Source of the DNA: Macrostomum lignano
Taxonomy: Eukaryota
Assembly: GCA_002269645.1 (NCBI GenBank)
Contig: NIVC01001334.1
Span: 186,001-250,000 of the forward strand
DNA length: 64,000 nt
Direction: 5' to 3'
Of this stretch, positions 47,868 to 60,686 are shown in pieces (the stretch's first letter is position 1; each line of letters starts with the position of its first letter). The notes below the pieces were generated by a model. The model saw only the letters and a list, made by a program, of their open reading frames with translations. It searched no databases and was not told the origin of the DNA. Made by a program: the position numbers and the translations under genes.

Positions 47868-47975
47868 CAGCCAGACTCTCGTGGTTTTGCCCGCTCTCGT
47901 GGTTTTGCCCGCTCTCGTGGTTTTGCCCGCTCTCGTGGTTTTGCCCGCTCTCGTGGTTTTACCCGCTCTCGTGGT
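47868..47975. repeat. 18-bp repeat CCCGCTCTCGTGGTTTTG (~6 copies)
   Basis: Directly visible. Confidence 0.93.
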
Positions 47976-49619
47976 ATTGCCCATCTTCTATAACTCTAAT
48001 ATAGCCCATTACGAGAGGCCCCTACGTGTAAGCCCAGCATCCCGACCCGACCATGCAACGATCCTCGCCCATCGAGTTAACGGTTAATAACTGATTTTAG
48101 TAACTTTAATTGCAGTGTGTAACCTATTTCGTTTTAATAATAACAATTTCATCCAGTTCAATTGGCCACTAATTATTCCGGCCCAGTTTAATGGTGTGTG
48201 TGAAACGGTGTTAACTATAGCCTTCGTGACCTCGGAAGCTTCATTTGACCCTTATTAGAGGTCTACCGAGAAGCGCTAGAGCGAACTCAAGCTATAGTTT
48301 CAAGCTTTAGACCTTTCCCGCGTACAATCGCGGTGGTGGCAGCGTCCTACTACTATTTAGTAAGACTCTCGACAAATTTAGCTTATTTTGAAGTTCACTT
48401 TTCGGCTACAAATCTCTGCATTCGGCATTCTGAACGTCGGCAAAAACTAGACCGCTCAGCCGCGACCACAGCTACCCTCCCCCTGAGCCTGAGGAACTCA
48501 GCAGCGGAGCTCCCCGTCATCTGCAAGCCGAGATCTTCGTTTCAGTTTGTTTGAAACGCGCAACCGCACCGATTCGAACGGCTGGAACGAACAGATTAAA
48601 CCCGGCGACCAACCCACGCTGTTCTTTTTTCAACCCCCCCCCCCCCCCGACCTCAATATCAAGTTCTGCAGTTATTTTGGGGTAGATAGTGTTAGTGTAG
48701 CGAAGTTGGATTTCACGTCCACGACACCCGGCAAGTCAGCAAGTCAAGTCATCACCGTACGGTGTACGCGCGCGGTATTTGGTTCATTGTTACTGAATTT
48801 CATACCGATGAGGAACGGATATTAACAAAAAGTATTTTTTTATATAAGTGTTCTTTAAATTTTATATAAATTTTTGTTGTCAGATATTTTAACCCAAAAG
48901 CTCTAATATTACACAAGGTAAGGAAACTAGTATTTTTCAAACAGGTTGTCTGAGCCACTATTATTACTACTACTACTACTTCTACTCTACTACTACTACT
49001 AAAATAAGCGAGCTACTTTGATTTCCATGAACGAAATTGTTCCATGAAGTCCAGAAGTTTAACTAAGTTCTGATTACATCCGATAGGACATGCTACTGGA
49101 TGATGGGCTGCTGGGCATGTGCAGCATAGTTTTGGCAGCCTTAGGCCTATCTTATTCTTATCAGGTAGGCCTACCTTGACGGCTTGACCATCACATGTGA
49201 GATGTGACATACGATACTTGTTTGGCCCTCTAATAATAATCTAAAGGCCCAATAAATCACTGACAAGGGTCCTCCCTCCTCACAAATACTTGGCTTAATT
49301 GGTACAGTTGAGTTGAGTATTCAGCCTATTTTTTTTCTATAATTAAAAATCAAGAAAATTCTGTCAAATAGGGCCTAAGCCCTAGTTGAGTTGAGTCAAA
49401 TAGGCGATAGGCCTAGCGCCTAGTTAATGAGAAGATGAGTTATGTAGCTAATTTGATTATTGATGATAACTTAGGCCTAATATTAATCAGTGTAGGCCTA
49501 ACTATCAGTATCTACTAATATATATTATTTTGCATTTTCACAAAAGGCACTGATATAAATTTATAAAGTATCCTAGCCCTAATATTATAATAGTAATAAA
49601 TAAACAGATAGTATTTTAA

Positions 49620-50700
49620 AACTAGCAATCAGTGCCCCCCGTTGGGGAGCCAAAAAATGCAGTACAAGTTTTTTTAATAAACTACATGTAAGCGTCTCTT
49701 TGCATTATACCTTGTAAGCCTTGACATGTCAGAAAATCCCCTCACAAGCCTTAGCATATCAACCGCCTTGACATCTTAGCAATGCCCCATAAGCCTTGCA
49801 ATCTTAAAAAATCTGTCAACCTTCTAACCCTAACCCTAGCCCTAACCCTAAAGCATTGACATTTCAGTAATTCTCTCCAACAGTCATTATAGCACTACAG
49901 CATTATAGCGATTCCCTGCAAGCCTCGACATCGTAGGGATTCCCAAATGATCTCTTAACTTCGACATGAAGCTTCTTTTATTTTCTACATTACGCTTTTT
50001 CTATCAGCGATCTCTCCCCTGAGGAGCGAACAAATAATGTAATAAAAAGTTTTCAATAAACCACATGTAGCTTCTGACTTTAGCCTTGAAATCTCATTTA
50101 TACCCCAGTGAGCCTTGACATCTCAGCTATTACCCTCATAAGCCTTGACATGTCAGCAATGCCCCCCATAAACCTTGAAATCTGAAAAATCCCTTGCTAA
50201 CCTTGAAACCCGATAAAATATAACCCTCAACCCAAACCTGACCTAAACCTAACTTTAACCCAACGTAAAGCCTTAAAATCTCAGCAATTCTTCTCCCCTA
50301 AGCCTTGACAATTTAGTGATTCTTTTTTTCAAGAATCACAGCACTATAGCGATACCCTCCCCAAGCCTTGACATTGTAGCAATTCCCAAATGAATCTTTT
50401 AACTTCGACATGACTCTTCTTTTATGTATACATAGTGCTTCTTTTCTTTTTTACATGACTCTTCTTCTATTAGCGCCCCCCCCGTGGCAAGCCAACAAAG
50501 AATGTAATAAAAAAATTGAGTAAAGTACATGTACTTTGAAGTAGCTTCTGACTTTTGCTTTGACATCTCAGAAACCCCCCCCCCCCCATAATCTCAGTTA
50601 TTCTCCGTGAGCCTTGACATCTCAGTAAGTCTCCCCAGCACAGCACAATAGCCTCATTTAATTTTTACATGACACTTCTTTCATGTCTGACATTTTTTAT
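49620..50700. repeat. Diverged tandem triplication of a ~360-470-bp TE-like unit with AGCCTTGACAT and AACCCT subrepeats
   Basis: Unit starts (ATCAGTGCCCCC / ATCAGCGATCTC / ATTAGCGCCCCC ... AATAAA..ACATGTA) at ~49628, ~50005 and ~50468. Confidence 0.65.
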
Positions 50701-50719
50701 TGTCACTTGATTTTTGATG

Positions 50720-52435
50720 TCAGTAAGATTTTTTTACATGACGCTTTCATGATTGTTTACATGACGCTTTCAAGATTGTTTACATGACGCTTCTATGATT
50801 GTTTACATGACGCTTCTATGATTGTTTACACGACACTTCTATGATTTTTTACATGACGCTTCTATGATAGTTTACATGACGCTTTCATGATTTTTTACAT
50901 GACGCTTTCATGATTGTTTACATGACGCTTCTATGATTTTTTACATGACGCTTCTATGATTGTTTACATGACGCTTCTATGATTGTTTACATGACGCTTC
51001 TATGATTGTTTACACGGCGCTTCTATGATTTTTTACATGACGCTTCTATGATTGTTTACATGACGCTTTCATGATTGTTTACATGACGCTTCTATGATTT
51101 TTTACATGAGGCTTCTATGATTTTTTACATGACGCTTCTATGATTGTTTACATGGCACTTCTATGATTTTTTACATGACGCTTCTATGATTTTTTACATG
51201 ACGCTTTTTTATGATTGTTTACATGACGCTTCTATGATTTTTTTACATGACGCTTCTATGATTTTTTACATGGCACTTCTATGATTGTTTACATGGCACT
51301 TCTATGATTTTTTACATGACGCTTCTATGATTTTTTACATGACGCTTTCATGATTGTTTACATGACGCTTCTATGATTTTTTTACATGACGATTCTATGA
51401 TTGTTTACATGACACTTCTATGATTCTCTACATGACGCTTCTATGATTTTTTACATGACGCTTCTATGATTGTTTACATGACGCTTCTTTGATTCTCTAC
51501 ATGACGCTTCTATGATTTTTTACATGACGCTTCTATGATTGTTTACATGACGCTTCTATGATTGTTTACATGACGCTTCTATGATTTTTTAAATGACGTT
51601 TTTTTGATATTTATCTGACGCTTCTATGATTTTTTAAATGACGCTTCTATGATTGTTTATATGACGCTTTTACAATTTTTTACATGACGCTTCTATGATT
51701 TTTTACATGACGCTTCTATGCTTTTTACATGACGCTTCTATGATTTTTACATGATACTTCTATGATTTTTTACATGAAGCTTCTATGATTGTGTACATGA
51801 CGCTTCTATGATTGTTTACATGACGCTTCTACGATTTTTTACATGACGCTTCTATGATTTTTTACATGACGCTTCTATGATTTTTTACATGACGCTTCAA
51901 TGATTGTTTGCATGACGTTTCTATGATTTTTTACATGACGCTTCTACGATTTTTTACATGACGCTTCTATGATTGTGTACATGACGCTTCTATGATTCTC
52001 TACAGGACACTTCCACGATTTTTTACATGACGCTTCTATGATTTTTTACATGACGCTTCTATGCTTTTTACATGACGCTTCTATGATTTTTACATGATAC
52101 TTCTATGATTTTTTACATGAAGCTTCTATGATTGTTTACATGACGCTTCTATGATTGTTTACATGACGCTTCTATGATTTTTTACATGACGCTTCTATGA
52201 TTGTTTGCATGACGTTTCTATGATTTTTTACATGACGCTTCTACGATTTTTTACATGACGCTTCTATGATTGTTTACATGACGCTTCTATGATTCTCTAC
52301 ATGACGCTTCTATGATTTTTTACATGACACTTCTATGCTTTTTACATGATGCTTCCACGATTTTTTACATGACACTTCCACGATTTTTTACATGACGCTT
52401 CTATGATTTTTTACATGACGCTTCTATGATTTTTT
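50720..52435. repeat. 22-bp satellite TTTACATGACGCTTCTATGATT(G/T) (~78 copies)
   Basis: Directly visible. Confidence 0.98.
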
Positions 52436-53260
52436 TAGTTTCCTTGGCGTTAAAAAGCTTTAATTAAAAAAACTCTACTCTCTAAAAATTCGAACCATCG
52501 TTTCTGCATTTAGCAGTTCAGTCTGTTTACCTCTAGGCTAGCTCTCATCGTTTTGATAACATGAATTCAGCACTTATAATTATAAGTTTCAAAACTCCAA
52601 GCATAGAGTAAATCACACGAGGCAGTTATGACATAATCAATTTCTCAGTCAGTCAGTATCAGTTAACAATATGGTTGCGCAATCTAAATCAAGTCTGGTG
52701 CTACGCTTCCACACTGCATTTTCAATACTGTGACGCAATTCAAGTTGGAGTTACAATTCAGTTATGATGTAATCCATTTCAGAATCAGAATTCAACCAGT
52801 CAGTTTTTTCTCTAGCATTCTTACAATGCATTTCAAGTCGAAAAGTTTGCTTGACCTTTGCAAAAAAGCATGTTTTTCGAATATTTAATGCCTTTAGCAT
52901 CGAGCAATTTCTTAGCCACGATGCATGTACCGTCACGGGAAAATTTCTGATCGAACAGTGCAAGTCTCATGAAAATCGGTCCAGCCATTTTTTCTCTAAT
53001 CGATTACAAGCAAGCAAGATTTTCATTTTTAGTGTATGGGACTATCAATTTTAAATAAAAATTTATTTTGCAAAGAAGACTACACTAGTACTAAATTGGC
53101 ATATATGATATAAATGTATAGTAATAGGCCTAATACTGAAATCTAACCTATGGCTATAAATGTTATATATAAAATAAAAGGGCATAGTTCTAGGCCTAAT
53201 TTACTTTGTTATATTACTTCATAATTCTACTTTACTTTGTTATATTATTTTAATGTATTT

Positions 53261-53362
53261 TTGAGTGACGCGCTTTTTGAGGAGTACATCTGGCGCCGCA
53301 TGTACCCTAACAACCCCTTCGGTGCCGTGCTATACTGGGCCTCTGTTTATTATCCTGCTTAG
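53261..53362 (+). mobile_element. Probable Merlin/IS1595-type transposase C-terminal fragment
   Basis: A GC-rich island in AT-rich DNA translates as LSDALFEEYIWRRMYPNNPFGAVLYWASVYYPA*, resembling the Merlin C-terminal E-F/Y-x-WRR...PF..LL..I...YP motif (recalled consensus). Confidence 0.4.
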
Positions 53363-54362
53363 GACTTGACTTGACCTTGAACCTGAAATTGATAGAAAGA
53401 TGGGGTAAAATAATTTAATAAAAGGCAGAATAATATAACAAAGTAAACTAAAATTATGCCAATAAAAGATTATAATATAAAGACAAGTAATTTTATTTAG
53501 TATAATAATAATGGAAATGCTAAATATAATATAAATGGCAATGAGATTTTAAGATTTTAAATTAAGATAGAAGTTGAAATTAGCAAGACTAAGACAAGAG
53601 CTACTTAGATTGTACCAGGCCTTTAATAACTAATGCTTATAACTCAATTCAATTACTATTAGGCTTAAGCCTAGTATATTTTGTTTTTTGCCTAGGCCTA
53701 TTATATTAAGAGTTTATTAAGGCTTGTTTAAATCTAAATTTGTTATAGTTAAGCCCTAGCTTATGCCTCATTGGTTATCATACAACCTTGGTCTTACTTA
53801 GGTTTAGCTAGGGCCTAGATATATTATATTTAAATATTTTAATGTTGCATTAAAATACTATAGGCCTATCTAATATGGTATCTTTAATAAAAAAAATTAT
53901 ATTAATGAATAATTATATAATTATAAGTTTTTATAGAATGTAATGGTCATTTCTTTTGTATATTTTGCTATACTGATATTAGAGAATATTAGCATAACTA
54001 ATGCTATAATTAACTTTAAATGCTACACTGTCTTATCAGCCAATGTCTTGTTAGCTAATAGAAAAGTTGATATTAGTAGATTTAGAATAATGTATCTGGT
54101 ATTTTTATATACATAAAATCATAAAAATATTAATGGATACTCTGGTACAGCATTCACAATAATTCTAATATAATAGTACAATATTCTGTTATCTAGAGTT
54201 ACACTGCCTATGCAATTTAGTTTAGACTGAAAAAATGACTGATTTTGCTACTTACCCAAAAGTAAAAAGTTGTACATGTATAGTCAGCCAATTTACCATA
54301 CCCATATTGCAGTCAGACCAACAGCAATGAGACAATAAAATTTGCTATCCAAGCATTTCACA

Positions 54363-57300
54363 ATGTCACTAATTGATGAAGCTGTGCCTACGGTTGATGA
54401 GGCTCCATCAGCAGCAGTCCTGCAGCAGCAGCTGGACAGGCAGGAGGCTGAGTTCAGTGAGCAGCGCGCAACAATGAAGGAGCTCTACTTGCAGAAGGAG
54501 GCGAAAATCCGTCAGCTGGAGGATGAGCTCGCCGATCTGAAAACTGCCGCCAAGCTCAAGGAGGAGGAGCTGGACTTTGTGCAGCAGAATTATAAGTGAG
54601 AGTCACCAGCTGATGTTAGAGTTAGAGCTGATGTTTGAGCTGATGGTAGAGTCCCTTCATCACCCATTGCAGACAGGAGGTACCGGTAGAGTCCCTTCAT
54701 CACCCATTGCAGACAGCAGGTAGAGTCCCTTCATCACCCATTGCAGACAGCAGGTAGAGTCCCTTCATCACCCATTGCAGACAGCAGGTAGAGTCCCTTC
54801 ATCACCCATTGCAGACAGGAGGTAGAGTCCCTTCATCACCCATTGCAGACAGGAGGTAGAATCCCTTCATCACCCATTGCAGACAGGAGGTAGAGTCCCT
54901 TCATCACCCATTGCAGGCAGGAGGTAGAGTCCCTCATCACCCATTGCAGACAGGAGGTAGAGTCCCTTCATCACCCATTGCAGACAGGAGGTAGAGTCCC
55001 TTCATCACCCATTGCAGACAGGAGGTAGAGTCCCTTCATCCCTTCATCACCCATTGCAGGCAAGAGGTAGAGTCCCTTCATCACCCATTGCAAGCAAGAG
55101 GTAAGAGGTAGAGTCCCTTCATCACCCATTGAAGGGTAGAGACCCTTCATCCCTTCATCCCCCATTGCAAGCAAGAGGTAGAGTCCCTTCATCACCCATT
55201 GCAGACAGGAGGTAGAGTCCCTTCATCACCCATTGCAGACAGGAGGTAGAGTCCCTGCACCACATCATTCGCGAGTCGGTTCGCGAGGCGGTAAGCGACG
55301 CCCAGGCCAAATTGGCGCACGAGTCGCAACTGTGGCAGCAGGAGAGGCTGGAGATGAGGCGTCAGATTGACGAGCTGCAGGCGGCCGCCGCAGCGGCCAG
55401 TTCGTCTTTCGCATCGGCCGCTGCTAGCACAGAGGAAGATGACAGCTTTCTGCACTCTATATCCAAGTCTTTGTCCAAGTCTGTGTCCAACAATAGCAAA
55501 GCGGCTGGACATAAAGGCGGGCCGACCGCGGCACACGACGAGGTCGAGGCCAGCAATGAGGATTTGGAGGAGGCCATGGTCAGGGCGAAGCGGGACGTTG
55601 AAGTTCTCAAGTCCATTGTGGCTCCCTACCAGGTTTGGCAAATGCTTTTGCTTGCTGTACTTGTTTGTGGGGCAGAATAGCAATCATTGTTTATCAATTG
55701 TCTAATAGGCAGGACTAGCAATCCATCAATCTCATGAGCTAGACTAGCAATCCATCAATTCTCATGAGCTGGACTAGCAATCCATCAATTCTCATGGGCT
55801 AGACTAGCAATCCATCAATTCTCATGAGCTAGACTAGCAATCCATCAATTCTGATGAGCTAGACTAGCAATCCATCAATTCTCATGAGCTAGACTAGCAA
55901 TCCATCAATCTCATGAGCTATACTAGCAATCCATCAATTCTCATGAGCTAGACTAGCAATCCATCAATTCTCATGAGCTAGACTAGCAATCCATCAATTC
56001 TGATGAGCTAGACTAGCAATCCATCAATTCTCATGAGCTTATTGAGCTAGACTAGCAATCCATCAATTCTCATGGGCTAGACTAGCAATCCATCAAATCT
56101 CATGAGCTAGATTAGCAATCCATCAATTCTGATGAGCTAGATTAGCAATCCATCAATTCTCATGGGCTAGACTAGCAATCCATCAATTCTCATGAGCTAG
56201 ACTAGCAATCCATCAATCTCATGAGCTAGACTAGCAATCCATCAATTCTCATGAGCTAGACTAGCAATCCATCAATCTCATGAGCTAGACTAGCAATCCA
56301 TTAATCTCATGAGCTAGACTAGCAATCCATCAATTCTCATGGGCTAGACTAGCAATCCACCAATTCTCATGAGCTAGACTAGCAATCCATCAATTCTGAT
56401 GAGCTAGACTAGCAATCCATCAATTCTCATGAGCTAGACTAGCAATCTATCAATTCTCATCAGCTAGACTAGCAATCCACCAATTCTCATGAGCTAGACT
56501 AGCAATCCATCAATCTCATGAGCTAGACTAGCAATCCATCAATTCTCATGAGCTAGACTAGCAATCCATCAATTCTCATGGGCTAGACTAGCAATCCACC
56601 AATTCTCATGAGCTAGACTAGCAATCCATCAATTCTGATGAGCTAGACTAGCAATCCATCAATTCTCATGAGCTAGACTAGCAATCTATCAATTCTCATC
56701 AGCTAGACTAGCAATCCATCAATTCTCATGAGCTAGACTAGCAATCCATCAATTAGTACTCACAATCCGCAATCCCCAGGAGGAGGTCGCCTCGTTGAAG
56801 TCGCGCCTCCGCGAGGCCGAGGAGCGCCGGGACCGGGACGCGGCGGCTTGGGAGCAGCGCAGGCTGGTGCAGCAGCAGCAGCTCGAGCTGGAGCGGCGAA
56901 ACACGGAAGCATTGAAGCTGTCGCTCAATCGGCTCAACGAACAGTACCTCGGGCAGCAGAGGCGGCTGTCTAGCGAGAATAGGCACCTGGTTGGCCTCCT
57001 GGACGATGACCAGAAGCAGGTGCGCTAAGCTTCAAAATCCTTGATCCCTACAAGCCAAATCCCCAAAGATCCCAGATCCCCATACGACAAATCCCCCCAA
57101 ATCCCAGATCCCTAGAAGCCAAATCTCTTAAAATCCCAGATCCCTAGAAGCCAAATCTCCCAAAATCCCAGATCCCGACAAGTCAAATCCCCAAAAACCC
57201 CAGATCCCTGCAAGCCAAATTCCAAAAATCTCAAATCCCTATTGCCAAATCCCCAAAAATCCCAGATCCCAGATTCCCAGCAAGCCAAATACCCAAAAAT

Positions 57301-60300
57301 CCCTAATCCCTACTGCCAAATCCCCCAAAACCCCAGATCCATGCAAGTCAAATGCCAAAAATCTCAAATCCCTACTACCAAATCCACAAAAATCTCAAAT
57401 CCCTACTGCCAAATCCCCAAAAATCCCAGATCCCTACAAGCCGGTCTCCAATTCCCAAATTCCGCTTGACTTGACCCCGCTTACCACTGCAGGCCCTCGC
57501 CGACTTCCGCACGCGCAAGAGCGGCGGCTCTGCCGGGGCCGAAAATTCTCACGCGGATTCTGACGGTGCCGCCGCCTCCGCGACGACGACTTCCGAGCAC
57601 CAATCGACGCAATCTTCGTCACACGCTGTGGAGGACGGCGCTTTGGCGGCCTCCTCGCCGTTGCGAGACGCCCAGCCGACCGACTCCAAGTCCGCCGTCC
57701 TTCGCCGGTCAGTCTCCGGTGGCCAGCTGTGCGAAGCGTCGGGCGCAGCGGCGGCTGCGGCACCTTCGACTGGCCTGGCGGAGACCGGGACAGCCTCGGC
57801 CGATACGCGGTCGCTTGCCAACTTGAGCATCTGCAGCGGAAGCGTCTCGGGGGCTGGTCGGATTGTTTCGGAACAGGTAGGGACTTGCCTGTCTCTGGAC
57901 AGGGTTGGATGGATTGCTAGTCTGTGCTGTGGGATTTGAATGGGATTGCTAGTCTGTGCTGTGGGATTTGAATGGGATTGCTAGTCTGTGCTGTGTGGGA
58001 TTTGAATGGGATTGCTAGTCTATGCCTTGGGATTTGAATGGGATTGCTAGTCTGTGCTGTGTGGGATTTGAATGGGATTGCTAGTCTGTGCTGTGGGATT
58101 TGAATGGGATTGCTAGTCTATGCTGTAGGATTTGAATGGGATTGCTAGTCTGCTGTGTGGGATTTGAATGGGATTGCTAGTCTATGCCTTGGGATTTGAA
58201 TGGGATTGCTAGTCTGTGCTGTGGGATTTGAATGGGATTGCTAGTCTGTGCTGTGTGGGATTTGAATGGGATTGCTAGTCTGTGCTGTGTGGGATTTGAA
58301 TGGGATTGCTAGTCTGTGCTGTGTGGGATTTGAATGGGATTGCTAGTCTGTGCCGTGGGATTTGAATGGGATTGCTAGTCTGTTCCGTGGGATTTGAATG
58401 GGATTGCTAGTCTATGCCGTGGGGATTTGAGTGGATTAAAATTTATTCAACATAAACGCACATGCTTTACCCAGAGCAAAGATAAAGCTGCTAAGGTTAA
58501 GAAAGCGGCCCAGCTATCTAATAGCAGCGTTGCTAAGGTAATTAATTGCTCAGTAGGTAATATTTCAACGTAAAATATTTCAGGTTTGTATGCCTTTGAG
58601 TAGATTTTTTATTCTGTATGATTTTTGCAAAGCCGTAGAGATGACTTTGATTTTACTTTATTTTTAATTTACTGATTTTCGATATACATAGTTGAATCTG
58701 AAGCCAAGTCTAAGATTGAAGACACTAATTTGTAAAAAATTGTTTTTTAATTTCTTCATTTTTGACTTGTATCTTGATTGAATTTCTGATCCAGGACACA
58801 GTCCCAGCAATGACCCCAACCACAGTCCCAGCAATGACCCAAACCACAGTCCCAGCAATGACCCCAACTACAGTCTCAGCAATGACCCAAACCGCAGTCC
58901 CAGCAATGACCCCAACTACAGTCTCAGCAATGACCCAAACCGCAGTCCCAGCAATGACCCAAACCACAGTCCCAGCAATGACCCCAACTACAGTCTCAGC
59001 AATCACCCAAACCGCAGTCCCAGCAACGACCCCAACTACAGTCTCAGCAATGACCCAAACCGCAGTCCCAGCAACGACCCCAACTACAGTCTCAGCAATG
59101 ACCCAAACCGCAGTCCCAGCAATGACCCAAACTGCAGTCCCAGCAATGACCTCAACTACAGTCTCAGCAATGACCCAAACCGCAGTCCAAAGAATGACCC
59201 AAACTGCAGTCCCAGCAATGATCCAAACCACAGTCCTAAAAAAGACCCAAACCGCAGTCCCAGCAACGACCTAAACCACAGTCCCAGCAATGACCCAAAC
59301 CACAGTCCCAGCAATGACCCCAACCGCAATCCCAGCAATGACCCAAACCACAGTCCCAGCAATGACCCAAACCACAGTCCCAGCAATGACCCCAACCGCA
59401 GTCCCAGCAAAGCTGATCTGAAGCCCCAAAGCAGTGGCAGCTCCCCGTCCCGGTCCCGCAGGAGTGGTCCAACCTGCAGCTGGAGATCGACAAGGCCCGC
59501 CGCAAGGCCAGCGCCGGCTGCGAGCTCTGCCGCAACTACGAGGCGCAGCTGCAAACAGCGCAGGCCGCCCAGCGCGAGCGCGCCGAGGAAGCCACAAGAT
59601 TGTCGACGGCTCTGCGCGCCGAAACCGCGCGCGCAGCCGAGCTCAGCGCCGGACTGGCCGACGCAGAGGCTCGAGCCGGCGAGGCCGCCGAGCGCTGGCG
59701 TGAGCAGGCCGACGAGTTCGCGCGCCAAACGGACGAGCTGCGCGCCTGCCTGGACCAGCTGGAGTCCCAGCGACTGTCCGAGTTTAGGGCCGAGGTTCGA
59801 GCCGAATTGGCGCGCCTGTTGGAGGACCGGACGGCACTGCAATCGGAGCTGCAGCAGCTGGAGCGCTGGTGAGCTCAGGCCGGCTGCAGCTACATGCGTT
59901 AGTCAGCTGTGCTCAACCATTGCAGCTACATGCATTAGTCAGCTGTGCTCAACCATTGCAGCTAAATGCATTAGTCAGCTGTGCTCAACCATTGCAGCTA
60001 AATGCATTAGTCAGCTGTGCTCAACCATTGCAGCTAAATGCATTAGTCAGCTGTGCTCAACCATTGCAGCTAAATGCATTAGTCAGCTGTGCTCAACCAT
60101 TGCAGCTACATGCGTTAGTCAGCTGTGCTCAACCATACTGCTCTTAATGAACCACCCCAGGTACAATCACCTGCTGGAGTCTCGCGACGGTCGCACCGCC
60201 CAGCAGATGCGGGACGAGCTCATCGACCTGCCTGACAATCTGGACGACGCCCAGGTGCTGGCGCTGCAGCTGCGCGAGGACCTCATCACGGCCAGGGCCA

Positions 60301-60439
60301 ACCTGGAGCACGTCAGGCAGCGCGGCCGCGACCAGCTGGCCTTCGCCAAGCAGCAGCTGGAGGAGGAGGTCGCGATGAGGCGCCAGCTGCAGGTGTGAAG
60401 CTTTACGTGTCTGTCTGTCTATCTGTCTGTCTGTCTGCC

Positions 60440-60470
<31 letters not shown>

Positions 60471-60514
60471 GTGTCTGTCTTGTCTGTCTGACTGTCTGTC
60501 TGTCTGTGTCTGAC

Positions 60515-60553
<39 letters not shown>

Positions 60554-60562
60554 GTGTCTGAC

Positions 60563-60623
<61 letters not shown>

Positions 60624-60642
60624 TTCTGTCTGTCTGTCTGCC

Positions 60643-60686
<44 letters not shown>

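Noticed and set aside
49825-49850. Interstitial telomere or chromosome-fusion scar
   Set aside because: Only 3-4 imperfect units, embedded in a dispersed repeat seen twice in the window
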